The notes: a model not told the origin generated them from the letters alone. A stretch of DNA of 63,667 nucleotides, filler included, from Choristocarpus tenellus KU-1152 (GCA_964200185.2; 12 parts of 12 records of this genome joined end to end with filler, not necessarily neighbours in it); one strand, 5' to 3'; shown: positions 49,679-62,634, counted from the whole stretch's first letter. Program-made: numbers and translations.

Positions 49679-52189
49679 AAGAGTTGCCTCCAAGTGCCAG
49701 TGTATGGTGTATGTGCTCTTCCTTGTGAATGAATAACTGTCACTACATGGTTCATCTCATTGTTAACATGGCTACACTGGCAGTTTTTTTACAAACAAAG
49801 ACAGGAGTTGGAGATGGTTTGGCCACGCCTAAAACGACCAGGAGACGTGCTCCAAACCAATGCACTACAGATTCGAAGAGTATGTCAATGGGTCTCTCCC
49901 TCCAAACTTACAAAACGCTCACACCCGAGCAGGACAAAAGAGGAAGGGGATAGAAAAGCTAAGATGGGTTGGAAAAAGAAGGCACCCAAATCACGACAAG
50001 GGGCCGGCCTTAACCCTGAGTTGGGAGTGGAGGGAAGGGGTGCTTGTACGTTGCGACAAACTTCCCCAAAAGGCTAATGCCACCAGATATTTTACAAGCC
50101 CCCCAACAAATTACGGCAAGCCAAGGAGAGGGAGGAGCACTCTAGGCAACCCCAAATGGCCTCTGCTGTGTCTACTATTAATTGAACCATCATTACTGCT
50201 ACTCCGACTGCAACGGTGATGAACACTGCGATTTGTGGGAAAACGTTGATCTAATGAGGTGATTGTGTAGCGGCATCCTGCACGCGTTTATGTTTATTTC
50301 CTATATTTTCCATTGGTGTAGTCTTTCAAGCGCCTGTGCTTTGTTTGTTGTTCACAACTACCTCCCATGTTGTCCTCCTCCTGTGCTTATTGGTGAACAG
50401 GGTATACGTTCGTTTACATCAATCCTACTACTACCATTTCTGCCCTATTATTATAATTTCTTGCTATAGTTTCAAATAGTTCTCTATATAGTTATTACTC
50501 TATACTTTTGCCCACCTCCTTAGTGCGGTCAATGTTTGAAGCGCCATTGCTGCTTCGGGATTTGTTGAAAAGGGTACGGTACTCGGAGCATCATGGTATA
50601 GAAAACGAATTAATGGTCTCATGCTTGTGTCTTACTCTTGTTGTTGTCGTCCTTATCAACATCTCGTAATCACAATCCATTTGTTGTAGTTTCAGACATC
50701 AGGACAACCCCACCACTTCACCAAAAAACACTGTTACACCCCCCCCCTCGATTGTGTCATAAAGGGTGTTGTTTTCTTCACTCTTGGAAGTCGCTTGCTT
50801 TCAGTAGTAGTTCTCTTCGCCTTCCAGATAATTACCTCAGATTCCTGTTGTGGCTGCAAACTGGCATTTGGGAGTTTGGTGGCATGTGGGTGTAGTGGAA
50901 AGATTTAGTTGAAGAAAAGTATGTTGTTGTCGCTCTTGGTATTGTTCTTGCTGCTGCGAAGTGCATGCCTTATGTTCTTGTTGTCATGTTGGACTTGCAC
51001 GGTCAACAGCAAGTGGTTTGACTTTCAACATTCTTTCAGCATTACCACCACTCAGTTCTACGACTAATACTGCAACTACTGCTACAAACCACTACTGCAA
51101 ATATTATTCATTTGTTCGTTTGCCCAGTGAGACGCATGGCGATGATGTGCAGGAGAGAATCGATGATCAATCTTTCTTCGTCATGAGTGTTTTTCCTGGA
51201 CCTGACGCTTCCTCCTCTCTCATTCCTCCAACACACTCTATAATTTGTCCCGCTTACCTTTTTTTTCTTTTTTGGAACAGTTTCTTGTTGTAAAGTGGTA
51301 GCAATAGCTGCGCGGTCTGTGGCAATCTTGCTTTTTTTCACTGTCTTGCCACCAGAGGTATGCAACAGGATAAATATCAAATGGAACGCTGATGCGAAGA
51401 GGGGTTAAAAAATATTTGTGCAGGAATGCACTAACTTAGGAGAACGGGAACTATATCCCGATCAAAGAATGGCAAAAACGCGAGGGAATAACTCCGGTGC
51501 AATGGTGATGGTCACTATGCAAAAGAGAACTCTTCCAATAGTCTTTGCTTTAAGTTGTATGGATTTATTCATTAGCGGAGTGAGCACAGCCTTTGGTGGT
51601 GGGGTGCTCTTACTTATATTATTATCTATTGCGCACGTCATCAGACACGTCAAAATGTGTCTGTGTCAGTCGCACTACGTCAGCCACTTGTATTGAACAA
51701 AATAAAAATCAATCCTTCGGGATTCGAACCTGTGACTCTAAGTACACCAAACAAATCCTTGATCCTTACTCTACTCAGTAAATACTTCTGTTTTGTTTCG
51801 CTGTTCACTAAAGATATAAATCCCTATATAGTTCCTAGCCTATATTGCACAGTCACAACCTCAAACGATACAAAACTAGAGTGATTGGCTGAATCCCCCG
51901 CAAAACACTAGTTCGGGATAGGCCCCTGCCAAAATAGCGTGCGGGTGGAACTATTGAAAAAAATAAAGTAAGATTCTTCAATATCTTTTGCAGACTTTCT
52001 GTGAACACACACACAGGTGACTCACACAGCGATACATGGACCACGACGATGAGAAAAGGAGAGCCACCAAGGCCACTCTCCCCCCTGGATCTGTAGATAC
52101 CTTCGACATCTTCTCTATCGAGAGGCGACAGAAAAAGCATGTACCGTGTGACACTCAGCGCAATGTTAGGTGACGAGAAAGTATGAGTA

Positions 52190-53241
52190 GTGTGGTGCAG
52201 CAGCATGATCAAATCACGAAATGGACCACACGGTCGCGACGTTGACGCTGATAGAAGATACATTGAAATAATTACCTCACAAACGTGGTTGGATCTTCAA
52301 CTGATGCGGAGCATTGCTCTGCAGTCTCTGCCGCCTCAGGAAAGCAGGAAGAGAGCGGAAAGTGCCTCACCGGGTGGTACAGTGACGAAGTCTGTGGGGA
52401 AACCTGGTCACAGCGGGCAAAGGGAGAACCAGGGTGGCCGGCCGAAAGGAAGGTTGGGGAAGAGAGCAGAGCGACTGTGTGCCATTGCGCTCAGGAAGCG
52501 CCTAAGTGAAAACCCGGGTGGAGAATATCTTAGTAGTCGACAGTTGCAGCTGGCTCTGGCTGATTGGAAGCTATGCGAACCAGAGTGGCATATGGAAACG
52601 AGAAAGGAGGTGTTAGGGTTGGGCTACAAGGGCTCTGAATCCCGAAGGAAGGTCGAAAGGGCTCACAAGGCAGAGGAGAAAGTGATCGTAGCCCTTGTAG
52701 CCGTGGAGATGATTCGCTACCACCAAATCCGTTACTTTGAAGAGGTCGCGAAGCAGGTGGAGGTAGCCATCCATGAGGTGCCAGGGAAGAAGAGAAGGTG
52801 AGATTGAGACTATTTGCATAGTGGTGGTATGGTGTGAAAGGCATTGCAAGATACACCGCACATTCACTTTTGTTACTGGACTTAGGGTTGGACGTATAAA
52901 GTTGGTTAAGGGTTACTCCCCATCTATTATTCATTCTATTCGGTTAAGGGGTATGCCTATTGCTCCCAAAGCATCACTGTGAGCTCAACCCCACTGAGCT
53001 CGTGTGGGGTCGAGCAAAGCACTGGCTAAAACAGCATTGTACCTATTCTTTGGACGGACTCCGAATAAACGTTCCATTGACTTTGAAACCAGCTGAGGAT
53101 AGGCAGTCTGTTTGGCTCGTCCAGAAGTACTGCAAGAAGGCTTACATGTACCATCTTGTCTACTTCAAGACGGCTGACACTGAAGCATAAGCCGACAAGG
53201 AGTACAAGAGGTGCAAGTCTCATAGGCACCCAGCACATTAG
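52190..53241 (+). pseudogene. IS630/Tc1-like (DDE_3-type) transposase C-terminal exons, degenerate
   Basis: VCLLLPKHHCELNPTELVWGRAKHWLKQHCTYSLDGLRINVP...*ADKEYKRCKSHRHP matches the LPKFHCELNPIExxWG...SHRR signature. The upstream ORF ends RYFEEVAKQVEVAI at a GTGAGA donor. Confidence 0.72.
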
Positions 53242-54356
53242 GAATTCCTGGTGGCGGATGGAGACAATAGTTACATTTACACTTGGGAGTAGATAAGGGC
53301 CAACTCCAGGAGAAGAATGGTTCAGAGTGACATTCATCGTTTCTTTTGATGTGCTTGAGATNNNNNNNNNNNNNNNNNNNNNNNNNNNNNNNNNNNNNNN
53401 NNNNNTTAATTAATTAANNNNNNNNNNNNNNNNNNNNNNNNNNNNNNNNNNNNNNNNNNNNATCTACAACACTTTGCAACCACCCCCCATGACTCTCCCT
53501 TTCCTAAACACCTGATTCTTCATCTTCGACATGGTGTACATGTAAGTAGCACCTACAAACCCTATCAGTAGCAAACCCATGGCACCATTAGGCATAATTT
53601 TGGTAGGAGCAGGGGGGTCTGCTATTGGCGGGTCTGCTACTGGTGGCTCTGCTACTGGCGGAGGTGGTGGCTTTGCTGCTCCACCTGAACCAGCCCCTGA
53701 GTTCGTTGCACCATTCTAAATAAAATTAATCGAAAAAAGTGAATGGGGTTACCAGGAGGTAAGTCAGATTGGGACTACATGATGAGTAGCAAGAAATGAG
53801 GGGGTTGGGGTGACTAAATATCACCTATATGCCTTCATTCTTGATAGAGGGGTGATGGTGTTGTCAGTAGGCGAAGATACGAATGCGGAGTTGGTAGACT
53901 AGGAAATGAGACAGAGCTCTTTCTGCCAATCATTCACATCGTCAGATGTGACAATTGCACTCGCCCAGCCAGATATTGCTTTGCTTGGAGGGGGAGGGAA
54001 AGGTTATTGAAAAAAAATGAGGAAACTTCAGGTAGAGTTCGCGTCTCCACTTCTCAACATCGACAGCAAATTCGTCTTACGTAACTGACCTTGACTTGGG
54101 AAAGTCCTCGCTGCTGTGCCCACAGAGCTAGCACCATCGTTGAAAGACATCCAGGCAGGACCACAGACGTAGGGTTAAAGGTCCCCGAGAAATGTTGATC
54201 AAGTAAGGGAGTAGGGTAGTCAAGTCTTTGAATCATTGTCATAGTTGTGTAGAAATTTCGTTACGAGGGCACCTGGTATCTTCTGCACAATCATTTGGAA
54301 ATGGCAAGACGCACGCAATACGGGTGCTCTTGTGCCAACAGGTGACCTGGTTCTGT

Positions 54357-54863
54357 TTAGGAACCTTGATCTCTAACCCCGACCAGTCTCCGAGGAAGAA
54401 AAATCTCAGTCTCAACCATATTGATAGGTGCTGACAAGGTCAGCACACAGCACTCGAGTACAACAAACATTGGGGAGAAAACGTGCTCTTCACAAGGCGT
54501 ACCATTAATCTGCACAAGACATTCCTGGCGGAAACATCTTCTAGCACAAACTACTTCTTCCTCAATCCAATGGGAAACTGGAATATAGTAAGTCTTACCA
54601 GCACGAACCCCTGCAGACGACAACCTGAATCCTGCACGTGAGGAGAGCATGATCATGAGCAGATTTACTCGAAGGGTGTGAACTTTGGGTGATGATTTAA
54701 TACAAAGGGACCCCAATTCAGGAAGTATAACAAGAGAATATTGATTTTTGAAGTCCGAATGAGGCGTTGGCGGGTTCCTTTTCCCAACATCTACACTATC
54801 CCTACTTGTGTGAAACAGGCGGGCACGTAAGGCAGGTTTGCGTTTGTAGTGTCCTTTGACCAT
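54357..54863 (-). pseudogene. Fragments of an unknown, probably spliced and degenerate gene
   Basis: Open frame with a good acceptor (CTCTCCTCACGTGCAG) before FRLSSAGVRAGKTYYIPVSHWIEEE. No recognised domain. Confidence 0.25.
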
Positions 54864-56700
54864 TAGTGGGGTGCCCGATTTTCACAAAGTTGGAGTGTCG
54901 TGTACCGAAGGCGGTTTGAGGGTGTGGAGATCGAGGTGCCGGCCCGAGAAGCGGCACCGGGCGACGGGATGGGGGATGATGGCAATGATGGATCAGGCAT
55001 GACAAGGTGCATTCACAGGTCTAGGTGTCATTTTTTCGGAAATACGAGGATGATCTCACATATAAACAGTCAAATGAACTACCTATATATTGAACGAGGC
55101 ATCTTCTCTTGATCAGGGGGCTTCGTTTTCTATCCTACCCCTACACTTATATTGGCTTATGCGCTTTGTTGTAGTTCCTTTGGCTTCAGGGTCCAAGTCT
55201 CGACTGCCTCTCTATGTCCAAACTCAGTTTTTGTTTTGCTTACTTTCAAATTTCTGGACTTTGCCAATGGTTCTGTTGTCTAAGGCCTGTGTGACTTCCG
55301 CATGACTGTACTGATACTTCAATGTTTCAAATATTTGAAATACCTGTTGGGTACGCCTCCCCATCGTAGCACCTTTGCACGTGCTCCCCCACAATAGAGG
55401 CACACCGCGATGCACGTCTTTCTTCTGTCACCCTCCTGTGACCTTTAAATGCCATGCCTCCTCTTCTACTAGCTTCGACGTGCCACTACACCCCGCCCAG
55501 ACAAACCTCCATCGATATAGTGCTATGGTAGTGGTATCTTTTCCATAGATTTCCTCCCTCTTTCACGCACCTGCTCATTAAGTCCACGAAACTCTTCGCC
55601 CAGCTCACTGCACCTATAGGACAGTGCTGGCAGTGTATTTTATGGAATTGTCAACTCTTACCGTCATGCACTCTCCCGCCCTTGAAGAGTCTCTTGACCT
55701 GTACTCTTAGCCTGATCGCATTAGGTAGATATCTATCTGGACAGTATAACATAACTCCCTCTGCACTGTGGGTTGTTCTCACTAAGCCGTCCTTATTACC
55801 CCACCAATCCACCTCCACCACTTCACCCTTTCCTATCACCTTTTCCACGTTGCGCCCCTATCTAGAGCCCACACACACACACACACCCACACCCACACAC
55901 CTACCATCCTCACACTCACTATCCTGAAACCCTCTGTTGCCCTCGCCTTCCAACACCCACCCTGTCACACACTGCACACCCCCTGCCTCGAATTCCTTCT
56001 CTCTGGTCCCCCGACGGACTCCATGCTACTCCTCCACTCTCCCAAGAAAGAAACCCACCAACCTATGTGTGTGATCCAAGCAAACCTGCTGCACCACCAC
56101 CTCTACCCCTAACCTCGTGACCCCCTCGCACGCAACACGAACTGTTAATCCCAGATTTGATATTGTCAAGTCCCGAAAGCGGAAGCAATCCCTGTCGGCC
56201 GATTTCGATGACAAAACAAACCAAAGGCTGGGGGAGGGCAAAGTTGAAGGCAGAAGGGGTGTCCTCCAACAGCCATCGGGTACGGAGAGCGGCAAAGAAG
56301 TCCCGAGCCTGTCGAAACGTTCACGCAGGAAGGAAGAAGGAGGGGGAGAAGTGAAGGCAGCGACCAAGCAACCTATTGGAAGGAAAGATGGCGGGGAGAC
56401 AGGGGTACAAGGGAAGCAGAAAGGGAAGGAGCGGGATGGTAGAGATGGAAGTAGGAGCAAGGAACGGACGACAGTGAGCCGGGAGCAGGTGGAAGTAAGG
56501 GTTGAAGATGAAACATTACCAGCTTCGCAGTTGTTGGGGAAGAGGCAAGCGTCGGGGGGGCAGGAGGGGGCGACGGCAGCGAGGGCAGGGGAGGCAGGGG
56601 NNNNNNNNNNNNNNNNNNNNNNNNNNNNNNNNNNNNNNNNNNNNTTAATTAATTAANNNNNNNNNNNNNNNNNNNNNNNNNNNNNNNNNNNNNNNNNNNN

Positions 56701-59700
56701 TGCAGCTCGTGATATTGGGAACACGGTTGACGTGACCGCGAAGGAGTCCCTTGAAGTTTCCCTCGTTCCGTAGGGTCTTGCAGTAGACTGGAACCTCCGT
56801 GTAAGAGGCCTGCAGCTCCTCACCCAGCTGTGTTCTTGTGAATGTGTTCTTCCCTTTTATTATATCACGTGAGAACCTGAAGGTGAAATGCAAGCAAGTT
56901 AATTTTGAGGCGGGGGCGAAAGAAACGAAGTGGAGAAGCAAGATATATATGCAGGCACATGCTCTGATGCATGTATATGGAAGTATAGATATAAAAAGAA
57001 GTGATGCGTACATTTTTTTATAGTTTTGTTTCGAGAGTAGGTTACGAAACAGTTTTAGCAGCTGCTGTTATCGTTCAATTTTGTTGTGGGAAAATCAAAA
57101 GCCAATCAACCAATTACAGTGTATGATCATAAAGCTTCCATGGACGCAACAAGGGTGAACTGCAAGCCTCAAGGCAGTATCTGTCCGTATAAAAACACTA
57201 TGTGGCTATCGCACTTGTATATCTTGCCTAATTACCTGGAGAAGATCTGATCGATTTTGATGTGCGTGTGCCCCAGCATCATAAAATGTATCTCGACCAC
57301 ACGAATGACACTGGCCGCGACCAACAGCCCCGTATATCCGAGAAAGAAATTGTTCTTGTTCTCTGAGACGCAGTTTTCGACCTGGCCAGTTTGGGGAGTT
57401 GGGAGGGAGGGAGGGATAGGCGTGAGGCCGATATGTCAGCCCATTTCGCCGCGTTTCGTGGAGGAACAGGGCATGTTTCCAGTACTGCTAGAGCGCAAGC
57501 TCTACATCACCGCCATCATACATGCAGGTTCCAACACACAAACCAAAACTAAAGACTGTGCAGTTAGTTACTTGGTGGCCGGTATTCGGCGAGTATGTGT
57601 TGAGTAGGTCGTGTCAAGATGAAACTTTCTTACCTGCCAATGGGCGTGCTGGATGATGCAACTCCCCGCGTGATCGAGGCTGTTGTGGTACTTGTCGATA
57701 AGCCTTGTGAGGGCAAGGTGGGTGGCTGTGCAGACAAGGTTACAACTTGCATGAACGATGATATCCGTCGTTAGTTGGCAAATAGTACTCTGCTTACTTA
57801 TGCATTGTTTAATTGGAGCTAAAAAGAGGGTTAATGGAATTTGTTTTTGCAATGTAGAGCACATACACCCGAATGGCTGATATACATGTCTGTGGGTTTT
57901 CCTTTTCATTGATTAGCTCTTACGTTCCTCTCGGCCTTCCGAAGCTGAGGCGTACGAGGGCAGGGGAGGACAGCGCATCATATGTTAATCGACTGTTCAC
58001 CAGGCCTGCGGTATCTGTAGGCAAATCGTGTAAGGATGTACTCGTCCTCGGGTATCTAACCTACGGCAGGTCCATTCACCACGACGGTAAATCAAGTGGT
58101 GCGTGCGCAACCAACATCTATTCAGTCGTGTGTTTGTTAGCCACGACCCACAATACGAACCTCCTCCAAGATTGATAGGAGTGAAGAACACCTCCGCGAA
58201 CTGGCCTTCGACGTGTGCGGCCATGATCTTCTGGCACTCGGAGTAGCCCCTGATAAGAAGGACACGAACCAAAGAAGCGTGTAAATAAAAGTTCTACGGT
58301 TTGTCATGATCATGATGAACGGAATAGGTAGTGGAATTATGTGCGTTTGTTTTGGCGGTTATTTCTTGGGACTTTGCACTCATTCGTAGAATAAAACAGG
58401 GTCGTCTATTCTGTTCTACGTGCGGCTGCAAACTTGTTGACAGATGGACTATGCGTGTGTGTGGTTACCTGTCGTCGCCGTGGGTAGGTGGGTAAAGTGC
58501 TGTGAGGGTGTGTGATGTCTGGTTTGCGGCGTCTACGGACATGAACTCGAAGCCGAGAGGTTTGCTGTCGACTTTGGACCGCATGGCGCTGCTGGTGCTG
58601 TTGGCGATGACCAGCCAATCCGCTTGGATAATCTGGCGAATGGGGAGAGCAACATCACGTCTGTAAATCAAATAAATCTGCTCAAATTTGTAAAAAAATG
58701 GCCACTTGTTAACACGTATCAGGTTAGTAAGAAAAATGAAGTGTAGGTAACAATATATGTTTGTCTTTGGATCTATTTTTTATTGCTGCATTCAAGACAA
58801 ACACAGTATTACCGGGACGGTAGGAAGTCGTATGTACGGGGCCGGAAGACCGCTACATGACCTCTCCCTCCCACAGCCCGTTGTAGACGACCAGGAAGCA
58901 TCCTATCATACAAGGTGTTTTGGCAACTAATAACAACATTTTTGTGGTGAGTGAAGCTGAGCACTGCTGCTGCCATAAGCACCTGCATCGGAGTCTTCAT
59001 TCGCAAAAGGCAACAGATGTTGTTCCCAATGGAGGGCAATGACAGCAACATTTCGCCACTGTACGCTTGTCGCAAAATTAACGCTGGACACCTACCTCTC
59101 GATGGTCTGACAGCTCCTTGTCGATGAACTCGAGGACGGTGGAGTCGTTCGTGGGTTTTACACCAGGCGCACCGTGCCGCTTCTCTTTTAACGTGACACA
59201 TATGTCACATTTCATAAACTTGCCTCCTACCCTCACCCTGATGTTGGGCCTGTCCTCTCTGAGCAATCGGAGGAAATGTGCCCTGCTTATCCACTTGGAA
59301 GGGCCAGGATACACCCGTATTGCCTCTTTGCAAAAATCCTTGTATAGCTCCTAATTAAAAATGTTGTGTGGGCAAGCGAGGAGTTATTGAGAAGGAACAC
59401 TCGAAGGATACCGCTGCAAGATCTCTCGAAGGCGGGCTGACCAATAACTTGACTGAGAACACGGTAGACAGGACCAAGCAAGCTTACATCGTGTGTTACG
59501 AAGGAGCAAATACAATTATCTTCGTAAATCTGCCAAGAGCGTCATTCTGTTCGGGCCTCGCTGCCGATTGCAGAAACGGTAAAGGAGGCGAATCTACCAT
59601 TATGATCATCATCATTGCGAAGCGCTTGAGACATATGAAGTACACACTTTTGCTACCAATGTCAGACCGGGCCCGGGGCCGCAGAGTAGGTGTACACGGC

Positions 59701-60113
59701 GTTGAACTAACAGTTATTGTGTCTTCCTCTGTAAAAGCGATGAAGAGTATCATCATCAACATTGTAGGCTCGACATAGCAAACGAAAAAAATAGCCCTTG
59801 GTACGAACCTTCACATTTTCTTTTAACCATAATATCAGACCGGTCAAAGTAATAAACATCTACCGCTCGACATACTCCTTCGATCCACTTCTTCTACGTA
59901 CTGCTGTGTCACATGGTTAGCAACTAACTTCAACACAGGGTGCGGCCAACCTCTCCACAACCAAGGGCAAAACCTACCTTTTTGTTCGCGGCGTTGATCA
60001 CAATTGTGGACTTGTGAGGCATGAACTGCCCGTATGTATCAGCCCAGTAGTGTATCCAGGACATCACCAGGTCGTGCTTCGGAGCCATATCCTTATCTTT
60101 GTTCGTGCCGCTC
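56701..60113 (-). mobile_element. Intron-rich Sola-type (DUF7869-like) DDD transposase gene, seven exons, probably inactive
   Basis: Exons 60113-59978, 59350-59096, 58632-58469, 58249-58161, 57746-57634, 57381-57236 and 56876-<56701 join in phase, provided the exon-5 acceptor (reads AA, not AG) is accepted. Translation includes W...YGQFMP, FMKCDIC, SVDAANQ, GGGCNL, QVENCVSENKN and FMMLGHTHIKIDQIFS, i.e. the DNCxxENKN...GHTHxxIDQxFS signature. Confidence 0.85.
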
Positions 60114-60388
60114 CTGTTGTAGTAGCGCATGTATGTATATAAATGGATTGGAGATGTGTTGGAGGTGGATACAAGGGACGGGGGATGGAATCCTAGAGGG
60201 ATCGTATGCCAGCAGCGGATCTCTAATTCTGTAGATATTTACACGTGGTAACTTCTGCAGCAGCGCGGGGACGGCCGGATGAGATGATATTGTTGAAGCA
60301 TAATAAACATATCGCACATGTATATACACACATAGGTAACACATAACTCCACACTGGAGGGATCTCTAACTTTGTATATCAGACATCT

Positions 60389-60432
60389 GGCTCAAAGTAT
60401 CTGGGAGGGGGGTGGCGGCTGTCCATTTGGAG
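60389..60432 (-). mobile_element. MITE subfamily B end, truncated at contig edge
   Basis: GGCTCAAAGTATCTGGGAGGGGGTGGCGGCTGTCCATTTGG. Confidence 0.78.
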
Positions 60433-60905
60433 NNNNNNNNNNNNNNNNNNNNNNNNNNNNNNNNNNNNNNNNNNNNTTAATTAATTAANNNNNNNNNNNN
60501 NNNNNNNNNNNNNNNNNNNNNNNNNNNNNNNNGGGGGGCAGGGCCTCTTGCAGGTCACCCCCAAGAGTCGGGCCTCTTATCTTCTCGTGGTGGCAACGCC
60601 CGCCACTCACCTGCCGGCTGTGTGGCCTTGTGTGCTGCATGCCAAGACCCAGACTATTATTGACCGACTATATATTTATATATATATATTTAGGTTAGGG
60701 TTAGGTTTAGGATTGTGCATTCCAAATCCTCTCTCTCGGTTTTTACAAGGTACAGTTTCTCTGTCGTACCGCCTTCCACGAAACGTAACTGTATTGGTAA
60801 CCACAAGGCGTGAACTCTTGGCAACACGACGACTTGCTGCACCTGCTGCCTCTGTTCTCACCTCGCTTCTCATGCGTTGGGTTCAGCCGTCAAGACTTTC
60901 TTGTC

Positions 60906-60906
60906 G

Positions 60907-60961
<55 letters not shown>

Positions 60962-61065
60962 ACCCCCTCTTCCTTCTCCTTTCCCCCCCCCCTTTCCTCC
61001 GCCCCCCCCCCTTTTTTTTTTTTNNNNNNNNCCAGAATTTTTTTTCCCCCCCCCCCCCCCCCCCA
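60906..61065. repeat. Poly-C/low-complexity tract around a 10-N gap
   Basis: More than 50 consecutive C; likely a poorly resolved sequence. Confidence 0.8.
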
Positions 61066-62046
61066 GGCCTCCCGGCCTCCTACGTCCTTGAATCTCGAAT
61101 CCCGTTCTGCTGCTGACTTTCCACCTCGCCTTTGGGCTCCCCGCCACATTTTATTGGTATAGTATAGCAATAGATATAGGACGGTATGGGGTGGACACTT
61201 CAGATCACATCGAAGGCGTGTTTCCCTTTCTGGGTTGAGGAGACAAATCTGGGTCCAAAAAAATGTTAAATTGGTGGCGGGGTGTGCTGTCCTGTCCGTT
61301 GACCAATCAGTTACGAGGGGGTTCGTTGCTGGACAACAGACACATCGTAGGGCAAAAAAGTAGAGTCCCAAACGTTTTTTTTTTGTGGTTGGATGACGGA
61401 TGTTAGGAGCCGATTACGGCGGAAACAACTCTTTCATATATAGATATAGATAGATAGATTTTATTTTTTATTTTTCTGCTGAGAATCTCTCGTACATTCA
61501 TTTTTTGCCCTCTCAGCTTTTGATTTATTTATTTATTTTAAAAAGATCATCAAACTCGCACGTGAAAGAACAATAAGAACAATATATATATATATATTAA
61601 TACAGAAGGCGGACTGCTTTTCGGAATAGTTCTTTGAGCTCGTGGAACCGAAACGACGTTCAGGACGACAGGTGTCACAACAGAGAGCAATAAGATGTGC
61701 TCAGGCATTTTACTGGACAGACTTCACACGGAGCAACCGACCCCCAATCGCCATCCTGGTAGTGGACGCTACAGGGCGAATGCGTCCGAACTCTCTAGGG
61801 TTAGGGTTAGCATCCAGTGCCGCCTTGTACGAGGTGTTAGATGCTACGAGAGGTTTTGCCAAGAGCATCACCCTCAATAATCCCCCCCCTGCACTGAGCA
61901 AATAAACGTTGCCCCTGTGGTTGACACAAAAACTCTCAAAAATTTGAATGATAGTGAATTTTACGTGAGAGTTGTGTAATCAGTAATCAAGAGCCCAATA
62001 CCCCTCCCCCCTCCCCCCCCTGCTTCTTTTTGCCGTCCCCTTCCAG

Positions 62047-62193
62047 GTTGGGGTTTACTGAACGTGAGGAAGGCGACCTCGGGCCGGTGTATGGCTTCCA
62101 GTGGCGTCACTTCGGGGCTGAGTATGTGGACATGCACACGGACTACACTGGAAAGGGTGTTGATCAGTTGGCAGAGTGCATCCACGAAATCAA
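62047..62193 (+). CDS. TYMS: Internal exon of thymidylate synthase (likely bifunctional DHFR-TS)
   Basis: [41 protein letters not shown] between a TTCCAG acceptor and a GTTAGT donor; 147 bp, phase 2-2. Confidence 0.93.
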
Positions 62194-62593
62194 GTTAGTT
62201 TTTTTTTCTTTTAATTGAAGGGACTTAGGGGACGGTATCTCTCTAGAAGGTGTCATTGAGGTTTGGGAACACAAGGTTTAGGAACAAGGAATGTGGTTGC
62301 GGTTCCGGGGTTGTTGGTTGGAAAAGAGAATTAAGAGATCGGGAGGTGTGTAGTAGTAGTATCCAAACAACAACTTGAACTTTTTATTTTATTGGTACTG
62401 TTTTTCATTTTTTTTCATTTTTTTTTTCCACTTCCTGGCAGGGGGTTGTTATCTACTCACCGAGCAAAAGTGTACAGTTTCACCTTAAAAAAATAAATAA
62501 AAAATGTCACTCTATTTGCCAAATAGTGCAACGAGCCCTCGTAACGGAAGGCGATTGAACCTTGATGACATCCTCTCTTTTTTTTGTTATTTA

Positions 62594-62634
<41 letters not shown>

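Noticed and set aside
51700-51790. tRNA gene (B box GGTTCGAATCC; similar motif at about 18699-18713)
   Set aside because: No complete cloverleaf or clear A box could be folded; treated as a SINE-like relic.
56117-56600. Lys/Arg/Gly-rich ORF at contig end
   Set aside because: It may be a real exon or TE ORF, but it is purine-biased, truncated and has no identifiable motif.
56701-60432. Physical linkage of the Sola transposase, the ParB-like genes and the IS630 fragments into one element
   Set aside because: They lie on different contigs separated by artificial spacers. Host genes do not continue across spacers, so the order is arbitrary.
60548-61371. Poly-Pro/poly-Gly ORFs
   Set aside because: They are translations of a C homopolymer next to an N gap.
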